Assembly: GCA_951812785.1 (NCBI GenBank)
Contig: OX638335.1
Location: forward strand, 1,745,963 to 1,809,962
DNA length: 64,000 bases
Source: an uncultured Gammaproteobacteria bacterium
GTDB taxonomy: Bacteria > Pseudomonadota > Gammaproteobacteria > UBA4575
Direction of reading: 5' to 3'
Numbering within the stretch: the stretch's first letter is position 1; the number at the start of each line of letters is the position of its first letter. This document shows positions 52,049 through 62,732 of the stretch, piece after piece. The position numbers and the translations under genes are program-made. The notes under the pieces were generated by a model. It ran no database searches. It saw only the letters and a program-made list of their open reading frames with translations, and was not told the DNA's origin.

Positions 52049-53760
52049 TGCTCTCTTGGCCTCGCTACTAATAAGTCACGTTTTTTATCATTAATAATAT
52101 CAGGTGGTACATTCATTAAACGCAATGCACCTTCGGTGACTCGCGAAAAAAGAGGCGCTGCTACTTCTCCACCGTAATAACCATCCTTTTTAATCGGCTG
52201 ATCAATTAACACAACAACAACTACTTCCGGCTTGTCGGCTGGCGCCATTCCAGCAAATAACGCAATATAATTATCTTTAGAATAACCACCATTTTGGGAT
52301 TTTCGTGAGGTCCCTGTTTTACCCGCAGCGCTATAACCCTGCATACTTGCACGGCTACCAGTTCCTTCTTTAGTAAGGACACCTTTCAGCATGTTTCTAA
52401 CCGCTTTTGCCGTTCTTCCTGACATGACTCGACGTCCTTCAGGAGATTGATCATTAATAACAAAAGAAGCAGGCAAGAGAACACCATCATTTGCAATGAC
52501 CATATAAGCACGCGCCAATTGCAATGCAGTAGTAGACATACCATACCCATAGGCTAATGTTGCACGTTGCGTTTTATTCCAATTAGTATAGCTAGCAAGC
52601 TTCCCTACACGCTCACCTGGAAACCCTGAACCTGTTAACTGACCAAAACCGACAGACTGATATTGATCCCACAGTTGTTTTTGTGACATTTTTAATGCCA
52701 CCCGAACCGCACCAACATTACTTGATTTACTTAAGATAGTTTTCATCTCTACCACGCCATAATTCCTATGGTCGCTCACCAGCAAACTCCCCACATTAAA
52801 ATAACCTGGCGCTGTATCAATCTTACTATCGATCTTATAAACACCACTTTCAATTGCTGCCGCAATCAGAAATGGTTTAACCGTAGAGCCTGGCTCGAAT
52901 AAATCAGTGACAGCACGATTTCGAATCGAGTTTACTTTTGCATTTGAGCGATCATTTGGATTAAATGCAGGCAAGTTGGCCATCACTAACACTTCTCCAT
53001 TATCAACAGACAGTACAACTACCGAACCTGCTTTAGCACTGTGACGAGTTACCGTACGTTTCAATTCTCTATAAGCTAAATACTGTATACGTTTATCAAT
53101 AGATAACTTTAGACTCTTCCCATGATGCGCTTCTGCCACCAAGCCAATATCGCCAACAACCGTACCCCTGCCATTCTTGAGCACTCGTTTTTTACCTGGC
53201 GAACCATGAAGCCATTCATCAAATGCCAGCTCAACTCCTTCCAAACCTTGATCATCGATGTTCGTCAGCCCTACCACATGTGCAGACATCTCACCCGTGG
53301 GGTAGTAACGTCGATATTCTCTTGCACTCGAAATCCCTCTAACTTTTTTCTGCTCTAGCTCATTTGCGATATTTGGAAATACATGACGCTTTACATATAC
53401 AAATTGCTTATCTTTTCTTTTTTGCAGTTTTTCAGTAAGTGTATTTTTATTGAGGCCCAGCACACTTGCCGCATCTGCCACTGACTGTGGATTTGCTAAT
53501 GCCGTTTTTGGATGCGCCCATATTGAGTAAACCGGTGTACTAATCGCTAATGCTTCTCCATGACGGTCAGTAATCACTCCACGGTTAGCAGGTATTTCAA
53601 CTGTACGTATGTGTCGATTTGAACCTTCTTCATTATAAAAATCAGCGTGTAAAAGCTGTAGCTGAGCCGCACGTGCAAACAACAACATAAACATGCAGAA
53701 AACAGCAAATAAAAGCAGATATCTACGTCCGGCAAATACCTTTGCTTTAGATTTTTTCAT
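52045..53760 (-). CDS. ftsI: Peptidoglycan D,D-transpeptidase FtsI (PBP3)
   Basis: SxxK (STVK), SxN (SSN) and KTG motifs; dcw position. Confidence 0.96.
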   Translation of the reverse strand: MKKSKAKVFAGRRYLLLFAVFCMFMLLFARAAQLQLLHADFYNEEGSNRHIRTVEIPANRGVITDRHGEALAISTPVYSIWAHPKTALANPQSVADAASVLGLNKNTLTEKLQKRKDKQFVYVKRHVFPNIANELEQKKVRGISSAREYRRYYPTGEMSAHVVGLTNIDDQGLEGVELAFDEWLHGSPGKKRVLKNGRGTVVGDIGLVAEAHHGKSLKLSIDKRIQYLAYRELKRTVTRHSAKAGSVVVLSVDNGEVLVMANLPAFNPNDRSNAKVNSIRNRAVTDLFEPGSTVKPFLIAAAIESGVYKIDSKIDTAPGYFNVGSLLVSDHRNYGVVEMKTILSKSSNVGAVRVALKMSQKQLWDQYQSVGFGQLTGSGFPGERVGKLASYTNWNKTQRATLAYGYGMSTTALQLARAYMVIANDGVLLPASFVINDQSPEGRRVMSGRTAKAVRNMLKGVLTKEGTGSRASMQGYSAAGKTGTSRKSQNGGYSKDNYIALFAGMAPADKPEVVVVVLIDQPIKKDGYYGGEVAAPLFSRVTEGALRLMNVPPDIINDKKRDLLVARPREQ

Positions 53761-54029
53761 TTTGATTTCAGCTCCAACATCACCACATCAGAATGACTCA
53801 CTAGATGCATCCCCAACTCAGTATTAGCAATTTGCTCTATGCGTGCTTGATTAGACCAAGCACTCTCTTCTAGCAACAGTTGCTCCCATTCAGTTTGCAA
53901 CTGTGATCCCGTTTCTTGTAACACCTGCAATTCAACAAAGTATCTTCTCTGCAAGTGCTTGCTATACACCAAACCAAAAGCACTAATAACTACCAATAAA
54001 TAAAAACCCAACAGTGCAACTAATTTCAC
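53757..54029 (-). CDS. ftsL: Cell division protein FtsL
   Basis: TM helix plus coiled coil EWEQLLLEE...RIEQIA...LGM. Confidence 0.92.
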   Translation of the reverse strand: MKLVALLGFYLLVVISAFGLVYSKHLQRRYFVELQVLQETGSQLQTEWEQLLLEESAWSNQARIEQIANTELGMHLVSHSDVVMLELKSK

Positions 54030-54958
54030 TTGAGCACTTTTTCAGCAATACGGAGACGCCCACTTCTAGCACGTGGATTTACTTTTAATTCTTGTTCGGA
54101 AGGACGAATGAGCTTTCCCACCGATTTCAAATGATCATTCAACTCTGGCATCACTGGTAATTTAGGCAATAAGTCCTGTTGCTTAGTATCACGAATGAAA
54201 CGCTTAACTATTCGATCTTCTAAACTATGAAAACTAATTACCGCTAAGCGCCCTCCACCATTTAAAAAATCAAATGCAGCATCTAATCCTTTATGTAGTG
54301 ACTGCAATTCTTGGTTAATTGCTATTCTTATCGCCTGAAACGTTCCCGTCGCAGGATGTGTCCCCTGATAATTAGATGGATAACAGTCCTTGACAATTTC
54401 CGCCAATTGTTTGGTTGTCTTGATAGCAGAAACTTGTTGCTGATCAAATATCTTGTTGGCAATTTTTTTTGCGTGTCGCTCTTCACCAAACTCAAATAAT
54501 ACTGTTATCAACTCTTTTGCAGAAACACTTGCCAACCACTCTGCTGCCGTGTCACCTGCACTTGTATTCATGCGCATATCTAACGGGCCATCATGACTAA
54601 AACTAAAGCCTCTCTGCGCTTCATCCAATTGCGGAGAAGACACACCCAAGTCAAAAAAAATACCATCAACCTTAGCCAGCAAATCATGATCTCTCCCTAC
54701 TTCAGCTAGATTGGCAAATGTTTGATGAATTATCTTTACTCTTTCATCGCTGCCAAATTTTTGTTGCGCATATTCAATTGCGCTAGGATCTTGATCCAAC
54801 AAAAATAGTTGTCCTTTGTTAGTCAGACCTTCGAGTAACAACTGACTATGCCCACCGCGCCCAAAAGTACAATCTATATAGGTGCCATCACCTTTAATCC
54901 GCAAGCCTTGTATAGACTCATGTAGCAAAACGGGCACATGAGTTGAAGTCGCTGGCAT
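54026..54958 (-). CDS. rsmH: 16S rRNA (cytosine(1402)-N4)-methyltransferase
   Basis: HVPVLL, DCTFGRGGHS, DLGVSSPQLD and SFHSLEDR motifs. Confidence 0.97.
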   Translation of the reverse strand: MPATSTHVPVLLHESIQGLRIKGDGTYIDCTFGRGGHSQLLLEGLTNKGQLFLLDQDPSAIEYAQQKFGSDERVKIIHQTFANLAEVGRDHDLLAKVDGIFFDLGVSSPQLDEAQRGFSFSHDGPLDMRMNTSAGDTAAEWLASVSAKELITVLFEFGEERHAKKIANKIFDQQQVSAIKTTKQLAEIVKDCYPSNYQGTHPATGTFQAIRIAINQELQSLHKGLDAAFDFLNGGGRLAVISFHSLEDRIVKRFIRDTKQQDLLPKLPVMPELNDHLKSVGKLIRPSEQELKVNPRARSGRLRIAEKVLK

Positions 54959-54964
54959 GCGTAT

Positions 54965-55417
54965 TTAAACGCTTAAATGTTCTAGCGCAGATTCATCTGC
55001 TGCTGAGTTTGCCTCTTCTTGCAACCACCCTTCACATGAGTCGTGCCATCTTGTTTGATCCCACAGCTCAAATTTATTGCCTTGTCCTACTAAGCAAACA
55101 TTCTTTTTTAGCCCAGCGAAATCACGTAGTTCTTGAGGAAGTAAAATCCGGCATTGACCATCCATCTCGCGTGGTTTAGCGTGTCCCAGATAAAGTCGAT
55201 GCCAGCGACGCACTTGCTTACCAACATTAGGCAATGCTCGAAGATCAGCTTCAAAACGCTCCCACTCGGGTAAAGGGTAAATGAGCAAACAACGGTCAAC
55301 ATCAACAGTGATTACAATTTGTCCGCCACAGGCAGCATTGACGGCATCACGATACTCTGTAGGTACTGTAATGCGCGACTTTGCGTCAATTGTTGTTGCG
55401 GTGATGCCTCGAAACAT
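54965..55417 (-). CDS. mraZ: Transcriptional regulator MraZ
   Basis: MFRG...D.K.R..P, D...RILLP..LR..A and FELWD motifs. Confidence 0.96.
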   Translation of the reverse strand: MFRGITATTIDAKSRITVPTEYRDAVNAACGGQIVITVDVDRCLLIYPLPEWERFEADLRALPNVGKQVRRWHRLYLGHAKPREMDGQCRILLPQELRDFAGLKKNVCLVGQGNKFELWDQTRWHDSCEGWLQEEANSAADESALEHLSV

Positions 55418-55440
55418 TTTTGTTCTTCCACTCTGGAAAT

Positions 55441-55476
55441 ATCACTAAAAACCACTTTTACCCACATTTATACACT
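55441..55476 (-). promoter_or_regulatory. MraZ-binding direct repeats in the dcw promoter
   Basis: Minus strand GTGTA/GTGGG/GTGGT/GTGAT units at 10-bp spacing just upstream of mraZ. Confidence 0.75.
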
Positions 55477-55662
55477 ATAGAAATCAAGAGAGTAAAAAGC
55501 AAGCTAAATTGGGCTGTTTGTCGAGAATTTTGCCTTGCAAGACAATTACTTACTGGATATTTATAGGAAAAATTTTAGCGGAAATTTATGCTAATTAAAG
55601 GCTTGTGGGTCTTTAGCGAGAAATTACTTTAACTTTGTGATATGGAAGAACGATTAAAGTAT

Positions 55663-56018
55663 GAGAGTCGGTCAATAAGCCGGGTTTTGTCGTGGACAAT
55701 CATTCATCTGAGATGCCTGTCGCCAGACACCTTAAGCGACCTACCCGAGAACCATGTGGACCACATGCGGTTGAAAAACAACCCGTTCTCCTATTTGGTC
55801 TTGCTCCGAGCGGGGTTTACCATGCCGTTCATGTTGCCATCAACGCGGTGCGCTCTTACCGCACCATTTCACCCTTACCCATATAAATACAGGCGGTTTA
55901 TTTTCTGCTGCACTTTCCATGGGCTTACACCCTCCAGGCGTTACCTGGCGCCCTGTCCTATGGAGCCCGGACTTTCCTCTATTGATTTAAACAACAGCGA
56001 CTGCCTCGACCAACTCTC
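55663..56018 (-). ncRNA. rnpB: RNase P RNA component, class A
   Basis: Minus strand contains GAGGAAAGTCCGGGCTCCATAGG and ACAAAACCCGGCTTA; the ends pair as helix P1; lies between rsmI and mraZ. Confidence 0.96.
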
Positions 56019-56087
56019 TAAGTAACTGTATCACTAAACGATTTGCGGTATCACTGCCAAAAATCAATAGTTTAATTCCAGATCACG

Positions 56088-56818
56088 CTAGCCATTTGAA
56101 TAGTACTCACTAGCTAAATCATACAAGATGTTCTTAGGCAAAGAGGTCAAACTCATCGCCAAACTAACTACATCTTTGTGACTCATTTTAGAAGCTACTT
56201 TAGAGAATAATAAACGCATATTTTGCAGCTCTATAGTGTTTTGTTCGCTGCCATCGGCCCCCTCAATGACCACAATAAATTCTCCTTTTAGCGCAATCGT
56301 TTCATTGTTTAGTTGCCCTAATATTTGCTGCACTTCGCCAGACACGATTTACTCATGCATTTTAGTTAATTCAGTTGTTGTAATCGGCTAGTCCGGGCAG
56401 AACGCTTAGGGGGCAGGAACCCCTCAAAGGAGAATCGAGTAATATTGAAATCATTAACAGATAAAGCAGTTATAGCGGCACACGCTCCAGGAATAGGCAC
56501 AATCCCTACACCATGCTGGCAACACGCTGCAACTAACGAATGCCCAGGATCACTGACTAAAGGAGTGCCCGCATCGGTAACTAAAGCTATATCTCTACCT
56601 TGCTCGAGTTCGAGCAATAATTGTGGATCACGTTGCGAGGCATTATGTTGATGATACGAAATCAGCGGAGTGGAAATTCCATGAGCACTAAAAAGCTTCT
56701 TGGTCACGCGTGTATCTTCGGCAGCAACTAATGCCACTTTTTCTAAGATATCAAGAGCACGTAAAGTGATATCCTTAAGATTTCCAATTGGGGTTGCAAC
56801 AATATACAGTGTGGCCAA
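56088..56818 (-). pseudogene. rsmI: 16S rRNA (cytidine(1402)-2'-O)-methyltransferase, disrupted
   Basis: N-terminal LYIVATPIGNL...FEGFLP jumps out of frame into ELTKMHE*IVSG...KGEFIVVI. The YESPHR segment is deleted and there is an in-frame TAA at 56349-56351. Confidence 0.92.
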
Positions 56819-56869
56819 ATTTTCACCTCAAGACCTTAGTAACACGATTAAATTAAATAACAAAAATCC

Positions 56870-58756
56870 ATGAATAATAAAGTCCGACACACCATAGCAC
56901 ATTGCTTGATTTTGATTATATTCACGCTGTTTATAAGCAGCTGTGGCACAGGCCTGCAGACCAAGCCAGAAATGCAATCAGCTAACCCTGATATCAGGAA
57001 GGCTGAAAAGTTTACCAAGCAAAGTCAATATCAAAAAGCAGCTGAAATTTACTGGCAAGTATCGCAAACTGAATCATCTCCGCAAAAAGAACAGTTCCAA
57101 CTACAAGCGGCCGAGCTATCTGTCTCAGCCGGCAATTACGATCTTGCCCAGCAGTATGTTAATTTAATTAACGAACAAAACTTAACATTTGAATTGATTC
57201 CTCGCAAACGCATTGCACAATCAAACATTGCTATACAGCAAGAGCATTTCAGCGAAGTACTATCTTTATTACCAGAACCACTCACGATGCGTGCACCTAC
57301 GCACATGGCGGAGATTCTTGAATTGCGCGCCCAAGCGCTTAATGGTGTTGGCGATATACACGCTAGCTTAAAGACAAGAACGGAATTATCAAGTCATCTC
57401 AATAATGGCTCGAACGCTTCTTATAATCAAAATGAAATTTGGCGCTTATTAGCACTGGCCCGAAATGAAGAATTGGTCTCGTGGTTAAACATCAGCGGCC
57501 AGGAACTTACTGGGTGGATTGAACTTGCACAAACTAAACGTGCACCCTATTCAAGTATTGAACAACTTAATTATGCACTCAATGATTGGCGCAGCACTCA
57601 TCCAAACCATCCTGCTTCAGATGATTTTCTCACTTCTATATTAGAAAGTTTTGAAAATTTCTTTTCAGTTCCAGAAAAAATTGCTTTATTGTTGCCAATA
57701 ACAGGCCGCTACGCAAAGATTGCTGATGTGATTTATGCAGGCATCATTTCCGCAAGAGAATTACACACAGAAGATCAGTACGCTCCGCATATCGAACTAT
57801 ATGATACTGGCGATAACCCTATTGATATTCTTTACCACTACCAACGTGCAGTAGATGATGGTGCAGACTTTGTCATTGGTCCCTTAAAGAAAGAATCCGT
57901 AGAGTTGCTAGCCCAACAAACAAAACTACCCGTACCAGTGTTAACGCTTAACTATATTTCAGGCTACGCACAAGCACCGAGTAATTTATTTCAATTCGGC
58001 TTACTGCCTGAAGATGAAGCCACGCAGGTAGCTGAACGCGCCTCGCTAGACGAACACGTTAGTGCGATTATACTGACGCCTAGCGGGGAATGGGGACAAA
58101 GATTAGCTAATGCATTCCAATCGCGCTTTGAACAGCTCAATGGAATTGTACTAGGCATTCAGCACTATAATTCTAGTAACACTGATTTTTCAACACCATT
58201 AAAGATAGCTTTACAACTAGATCAAAGTGAATCACGTTACCGCAAGCTGAGATCAACACTAGGACAGAATCTTGAATTTGAACCGCGAAGACGCCAAGAT
58301 GTAGACATGGTGTTTATGATTGCATCTCCTCGTACCGCTCGCTTAATTCGCCCTCAAATTAATTATTACTATGCGACAGATTTACCCGTCTATAGCACCT
58401 CACATGTATTCTCAGGCATTGAGAATGTGTCTAGAGATCAAGATGTGAATGGTGTTTTATATTGCGATATCCCTTGGTTATTAAAACCGTCCGCAGACCA
58501 TGAAATTATGCGCGAATTACTAGAACTCGAAGCTGGCGGAACATACCAATTACTACCTAGATTTGCGGCACTCGGCATTGATGCCTACTACTTGCCGCTC
58601 AAATTAGCTGAGCTTGCAGCATTACCTTATGAACGCTATAACGGCCTCACAGGAAAACTTAAAATTCAAGAGGGCAATAAAATTTTCCGCGAACTTAATT
58701 GGGCTAAATTTGTGAATGGTAAACCTACACTACTGCCACAATTCTCCAACGAGTAG
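56870..58756 (+). CDS. lpoA: Penicillin-binding protein activator LpoA (LppC family lipoprotein)
   Basis: Lipobox ISSC, TPR-like N-terminus, IALLLP.TG, IGPL.K and FGLLPEDEA; divergent from rsmI. Confidence 0.92.
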   Translation: MNNKVRHTIAHCLILIIFTLFISSCGTGLQTKPEMQSANPDIRKAEKFTKQSQYQKAAEIYWQVSQTESSPQKEQFQLQAAELSVSAGNYDLAQQYVNLINEQNLTFELIPRKRIAQSNIAIQQEHFSEVLSLLPEPLTMRAPTHMAEILELRAQALNGVGDIHASLKTRTELSSHLNNGSNASYNQNEIWRLLALARNEELVSWLNISGQELTGWIELAQTKRAPYSSIEQLNYALNDWRSTHPNHPASDDFLTSILESFENFFSVPEKIALLLPITGRYAKIADVIYAGIISARELHTEDQYAPHIELYDTGDNPIDILYHYQRAVDDGADFVIGPLKKESVELLAQQTKLPVPVLTLNYISGYAQAPSNLFQFGLLPEDEATQVAERASLDEHVSAIILTPSGEWGQRLANAFQSRFEQLNGIVLGIQHYNSSNTDFSTPLKIALQLDQSESRYRKLRSTLGQNLEFEPRRRQDVDMVFMIASPRTARLIRPQINYYYATDLPVYSTSHVFSGIENVSRDQDVNGVLYCDIPWLLKPSADHEIMRELLELEAGGTYQLLPRFAALGIDAYYLPLKLAELAALPYERYNGLTGKLKIQEGNKIFRELNWAKFVNGKPTLLPQFSNE

Positions 58757-58768
58757 TCTTATCACTAC

Positions 58769-59706
<938 letters not shown>

Positions 59707-59710
59707 ATTA

Positions 59711-61108
59711 GTGCCAACGACCCTTCCCAAAGAAATCATTGCTCAACTGAAAACCAGTTTTCCTACAGACAGTTTATTGCTAGACGCTGCAGATTGTTGG
59801 CCTTACGGTTACGACAATAGCAAAATGCATCATGCACCCGATGCCGTCGTATTACCTGACACTCATGAGCAGGTAGTGAATTGTATTCAGCTATGCAACC
59901 AATTCAAAATTCCACTGACCGCACGTGGGCGAGGCACAGGCACGACAGGCGCTTCTGTCCCAACTTCGGGCGGCATTGTCATATCTATGGAACGCATGAA
60001 TAAAATTTTGAACTGCGATTTAGGCAATCGAAGTATACGCGTTCAAACCGGGGTCACTAATCTGGCATTACAAAATTATTTAAAAGAAAAAAAATTTTTC
60101 TGGGCGCCAGACCCAAGCAGCGCAGAGTTTTGCAGCATCGGCGGTAACTTGGCCTGCAATGCCGCAGGCCCTCGCGCAGTGAAATATGGCACCACACGTG
60201 ACAACATTCTCCAATTAAAAGCGGTGACAGGTGATGGACAGACCATTCACACCGGAAGTAAAACCACTAAAGGCGTCGTAGGTTTAGACCTGACTCGTTT
60301 AATTGTTGGCTCAGAAGGAACGTTAGCAATCATTACAGAAGCCGAATTAAAAATTCTTCCTCTTGCTCCTGAGAGAAATACTATTCGTGCGCTATACAGA
60401 AATCATCAAGGTGCATGTGAAGCGATACAAAATATCAGTTCACAGTTACATGTCCCTTGTGCAATTGAATTTATCGACCATCATGCCATGGAACTAATCC
60501 GCACGCACAGTGATGTATGTTTACCTGATAGCGCACACGCAATGCTAATGATTGAAATTGATGGTGACTCGGAATCACTCGAAATTAGCACTGCTAAGAT
60601 AGAACAAGCATTATCAAATCATCATCAAGTTGAAATTCAACGTGCAACAACCGATATTGAGAAACAGGCCCTTTGGCAAGCACGCAAGGCATTGTCTCCT
60701 ATCTTGCGCAATTTAGCCCCTAACAAAATAAATGAAGATGTTGTTGTCCCTGTGCCTAATTTAAGCAAATTGATTGATAAACTCGATTTACTATCTGCTG
60801 ACTACAACATACCTATTGTTAATTTTGGTCATGCAGGCAATGGCAACCTTCATGTCAACATTATGTATGATGCAGAAGACAGCTTGCAAAATCAGAATGC
60901 ACTCGCTTGTCTAAATAAGATTTTTGACGCCGTCTTAACACTCGATGGCACTATCTCAGGTGAGCATGGAATAGGCATAAGCAAACGCGACCATATCGCT
61001 AAAGAAATTGGTGCCACTGAACTCAATTTAATGAGAAGCATCAAAGCCCAATTTGACCCTAATCAGATTTTAAATCCAAATAAAAGTTTACCGCTGACTC
61101 ACAGCTAA
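59711..61108 (+). CDS. FAD-linked oxidoreductase (GlcD / D-2-hydroxyacid dehydrogenase family)
   Basis: RGRGTGTTG, PDPSS...SIGGN, GHAGNGNLH and SGEHGIG motifs; GTG start at 59711. Confidence 0.9.
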   Translation: MPTTLPKEIIAQLKTSFPTDSLLLDAADCWPYGYDNSKMHHAPDAVVLPDTHEQVVNCIQLCNQFKIPLTARGRGTGTTGASVPTSGGIVISMERMNKILNCDLGNRSIRVQTGVTNLALQNYLKEKKFFWAPDPSSAEFCSIGGNLACNAAGPRAVKYGTTRDNILQLKAVTGDGQTIHTGSKTTKGVVGLDLTRLIVGSEGTLAIITEAELKILPLAPERNTIRALYRNHQGACEAIQNISSQLHVPCAIEFIDHHAMELIRTHSDVCLPDSAHAMLMIEIDGDSESLEISTAKIEQALSNHHQVEIQRATTDIEKQALWQARKALSPILRNLAPNKINEDVVVPVPNLSKLIDKLDLLSADYNIPIVNFGHAGNGNLHVNIMYDAEDSLQNQNALACLNKIFDAVLTLDGTISGEHGIGISKRDHIAKEIGATELNLMRSIKAQFDPNQILNPNKSLPLTHS

Positions 61109-61341
61109 AGCACCAGCACAAAAACCAAGTATATTGACGCTACCGCAAACACTGCTGCCATAGACACCGCAGCTACTTGAAAACTACTCTGGTGATTATG
61201 TTGGGTGTTAGCCTGCTCCAGGCTAGTAAAAGCACATGCAATCTGGCTACCAGATATAGCCTGTATTTCTTCGGGACGAGATTGTGCTTCAGCTTCCTGA
61301 GCTGAATTATTTTGAGTATCTAAACTTAGTTCAACGTTCAT
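61105..61341 (-). CDS. Hypothetical small protein with a C-terminal transmembrane helix
   Basis: 78-aa ORF with a strong GGAGGT RBS; hydrophilic N-terminus and hydrophobic C-terminal tail. Confidence 0.6.
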   Translation of the reverse strand: MNVELSLDTQNNSAQEAEAQSRPEEIQAISGSQIACAFTSLEQANTQHNHQSSFQVAAVSMAAVFAVASIYLVFVLVL

Positions 61342-61472
61342 ATATTACCTCCAAAGTATCAAAATTAAACTCAAATGCTCGAAATAAGTAGCATTTGAAA
61401 TCAACGCTTATAATTTAGCGTGACAGAACAATTTGACGACAATTAATAGTTTTCTTTAGCGCTGAACAACTA

Positions 61473-61494
61473 AAGTGTGATGAATATCACGAAT
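61473..61494. promoter_or_regulatory. CRP/Vfr-family binding site candidate
   Basis: AAG-TGTGA-TGAATA-TCACG-AAT against the consensus TGTGA-N6-TCACA (9/10 match). Confidence 0.5.
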
Positions 61495-61525
61495 TGATCG
61501 ACATGCAAAATTCACATGCCTTAGA

Positions 61526-62728
61526 TTATTTTTTTGCTTCGACGATTTTATCAGAAAGGCTATCTGGAAGAAATTCAAGCACCGCAACGCCCACTGTCAC
61601 TAAGAGCAGTGATATTGCGATTCCTGCAATACCTAATAATATTTCCCAAATGCTAGGACAGTATTGACTGACTTCTCCATCAAAGAATGCACTACTCACT
61701 TCCATGCCGGGAAATAACTCTAGTGGGAATGCTTGCCCACCGACAACAATAATGTATACCTGGGCAAAGCCACCCACAATCACCATTGCACATGCTGCCA
61801 TTAACGTTTTACGGCAATTTTTGGTTTGAGGCATATAGATTAATGCTAATGGAATTAATCCCCCAATCAGTACTTGGCCGACCCAAAACAATGTCGTGTA
61901 GATACCACCATCAACAAGCAAGAACTTTTCAACCGCATGATGTTCAGTCGCATATAGATTGGTCACATGGTACACGGCAACAAAATACAAAATGCTGGCG
62001 ATAAACACACCTAACAAATTACGTAATTTATTTAATACAAAGTCACCTAACGGACGCTGTGTCCATGTGTAGGATGCCAGTAGCACTAACACATAAAATG
62101 CTAATCCAAATGCAAAAGACATAATGATAAACATGGGTGCCAGCATTGCCGTGTCATAGACACTACGAGCGACTAAGAAACCAAAGATTGATCCTGTACC
62201 CGTGGTGAGTATTAGACGCCAAATAAATACAAATAAGCCTGCTTTTTTACTGTATTTTTGCATACTGTGATCCATCATCGACCAGATGTAGACACCCACA
62301 ATAGCAAAGAAACCAGTATATAAAATAATATTCCAGGCAAATATAGATTTAAAATTGTATTGAGTCATCGCCACAATTAATCGGTCAGGGCGACCAAGAT
62401 CCAACACTAATACGGCTAATCCACCCGCTAATAATGCAACGGCAAGTAACGCCGACAGTCGGGCTAGTGGCTTGTATTCAGCCCTACCAAACACAGACGC
62501 AATTGAAGCAACATTAAGTGCACCCGATGCCGCCACAATCAGAAAAATCGCAAACACATGAGGAAGCCCCCATACGATTTGATTATTCATGCCTGTGATT
62601 ACATGACCTTCTACCTCCATATGATGTGCTGACAACACACCGACTACAGCGATTAAAGCCAAACCAATAAGCAACATCCAGAATTTAGGTGAACGCGCTG
62701 CAATAGAACTATATCGTAAGGTATCCAT
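61526..62728 (-). CDS. dsrP: DsrP (NrfD/PsrC family membrane subunit of DsrMKJOP)
   Basis: TGMNNQIVWGLPH, DLGRPDRL and IFAWN motifs; directly downstream of dsrO. Confidence 0.92.
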   Translation of the reverse strand: MDTLRYSSIAARSPKFWMLLIGLALIAVVGVLSAHHMEVEGHVITGMNNQIVWGLPHVFAIFLIVAASGALNVASIASVFGRAEYKPLARLSALLAVALLAGGLAVLVLDLGRPDRLIVAMTQYNFKSIFAWNIILYTGFFAIVGVYIWSMMDHSMQKYSKKAGLFVFIWRLILTTGTGSIFGFLVARSVYDTAMLAPMFIIMSFAFGLAFYVLVLLASYTWTQRPLGDFVLNKLRNLLGVFIASILYFVAVYHVTNLYATEHHAVEKFLLVDGGIYTTLFWVGQVLIGGLIPLALIYMPQTKNCRKTLMAACAMVIVGGFAQVYIIVVGGQAFPLELFPGMEVSSAFFDGEVSQYCPSIWEILLGIAGIAISLLLVTVGVAVLEFLPDSLSDKIVEAKK

Positions 62729-62732
62729 GCTT

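Noticed and set aside
55642-56025. ORFs of 127 aa and 64 aa on the + strand
   Set aside because: They are antisense to the RNase P RNA gene and are a common false gene call.
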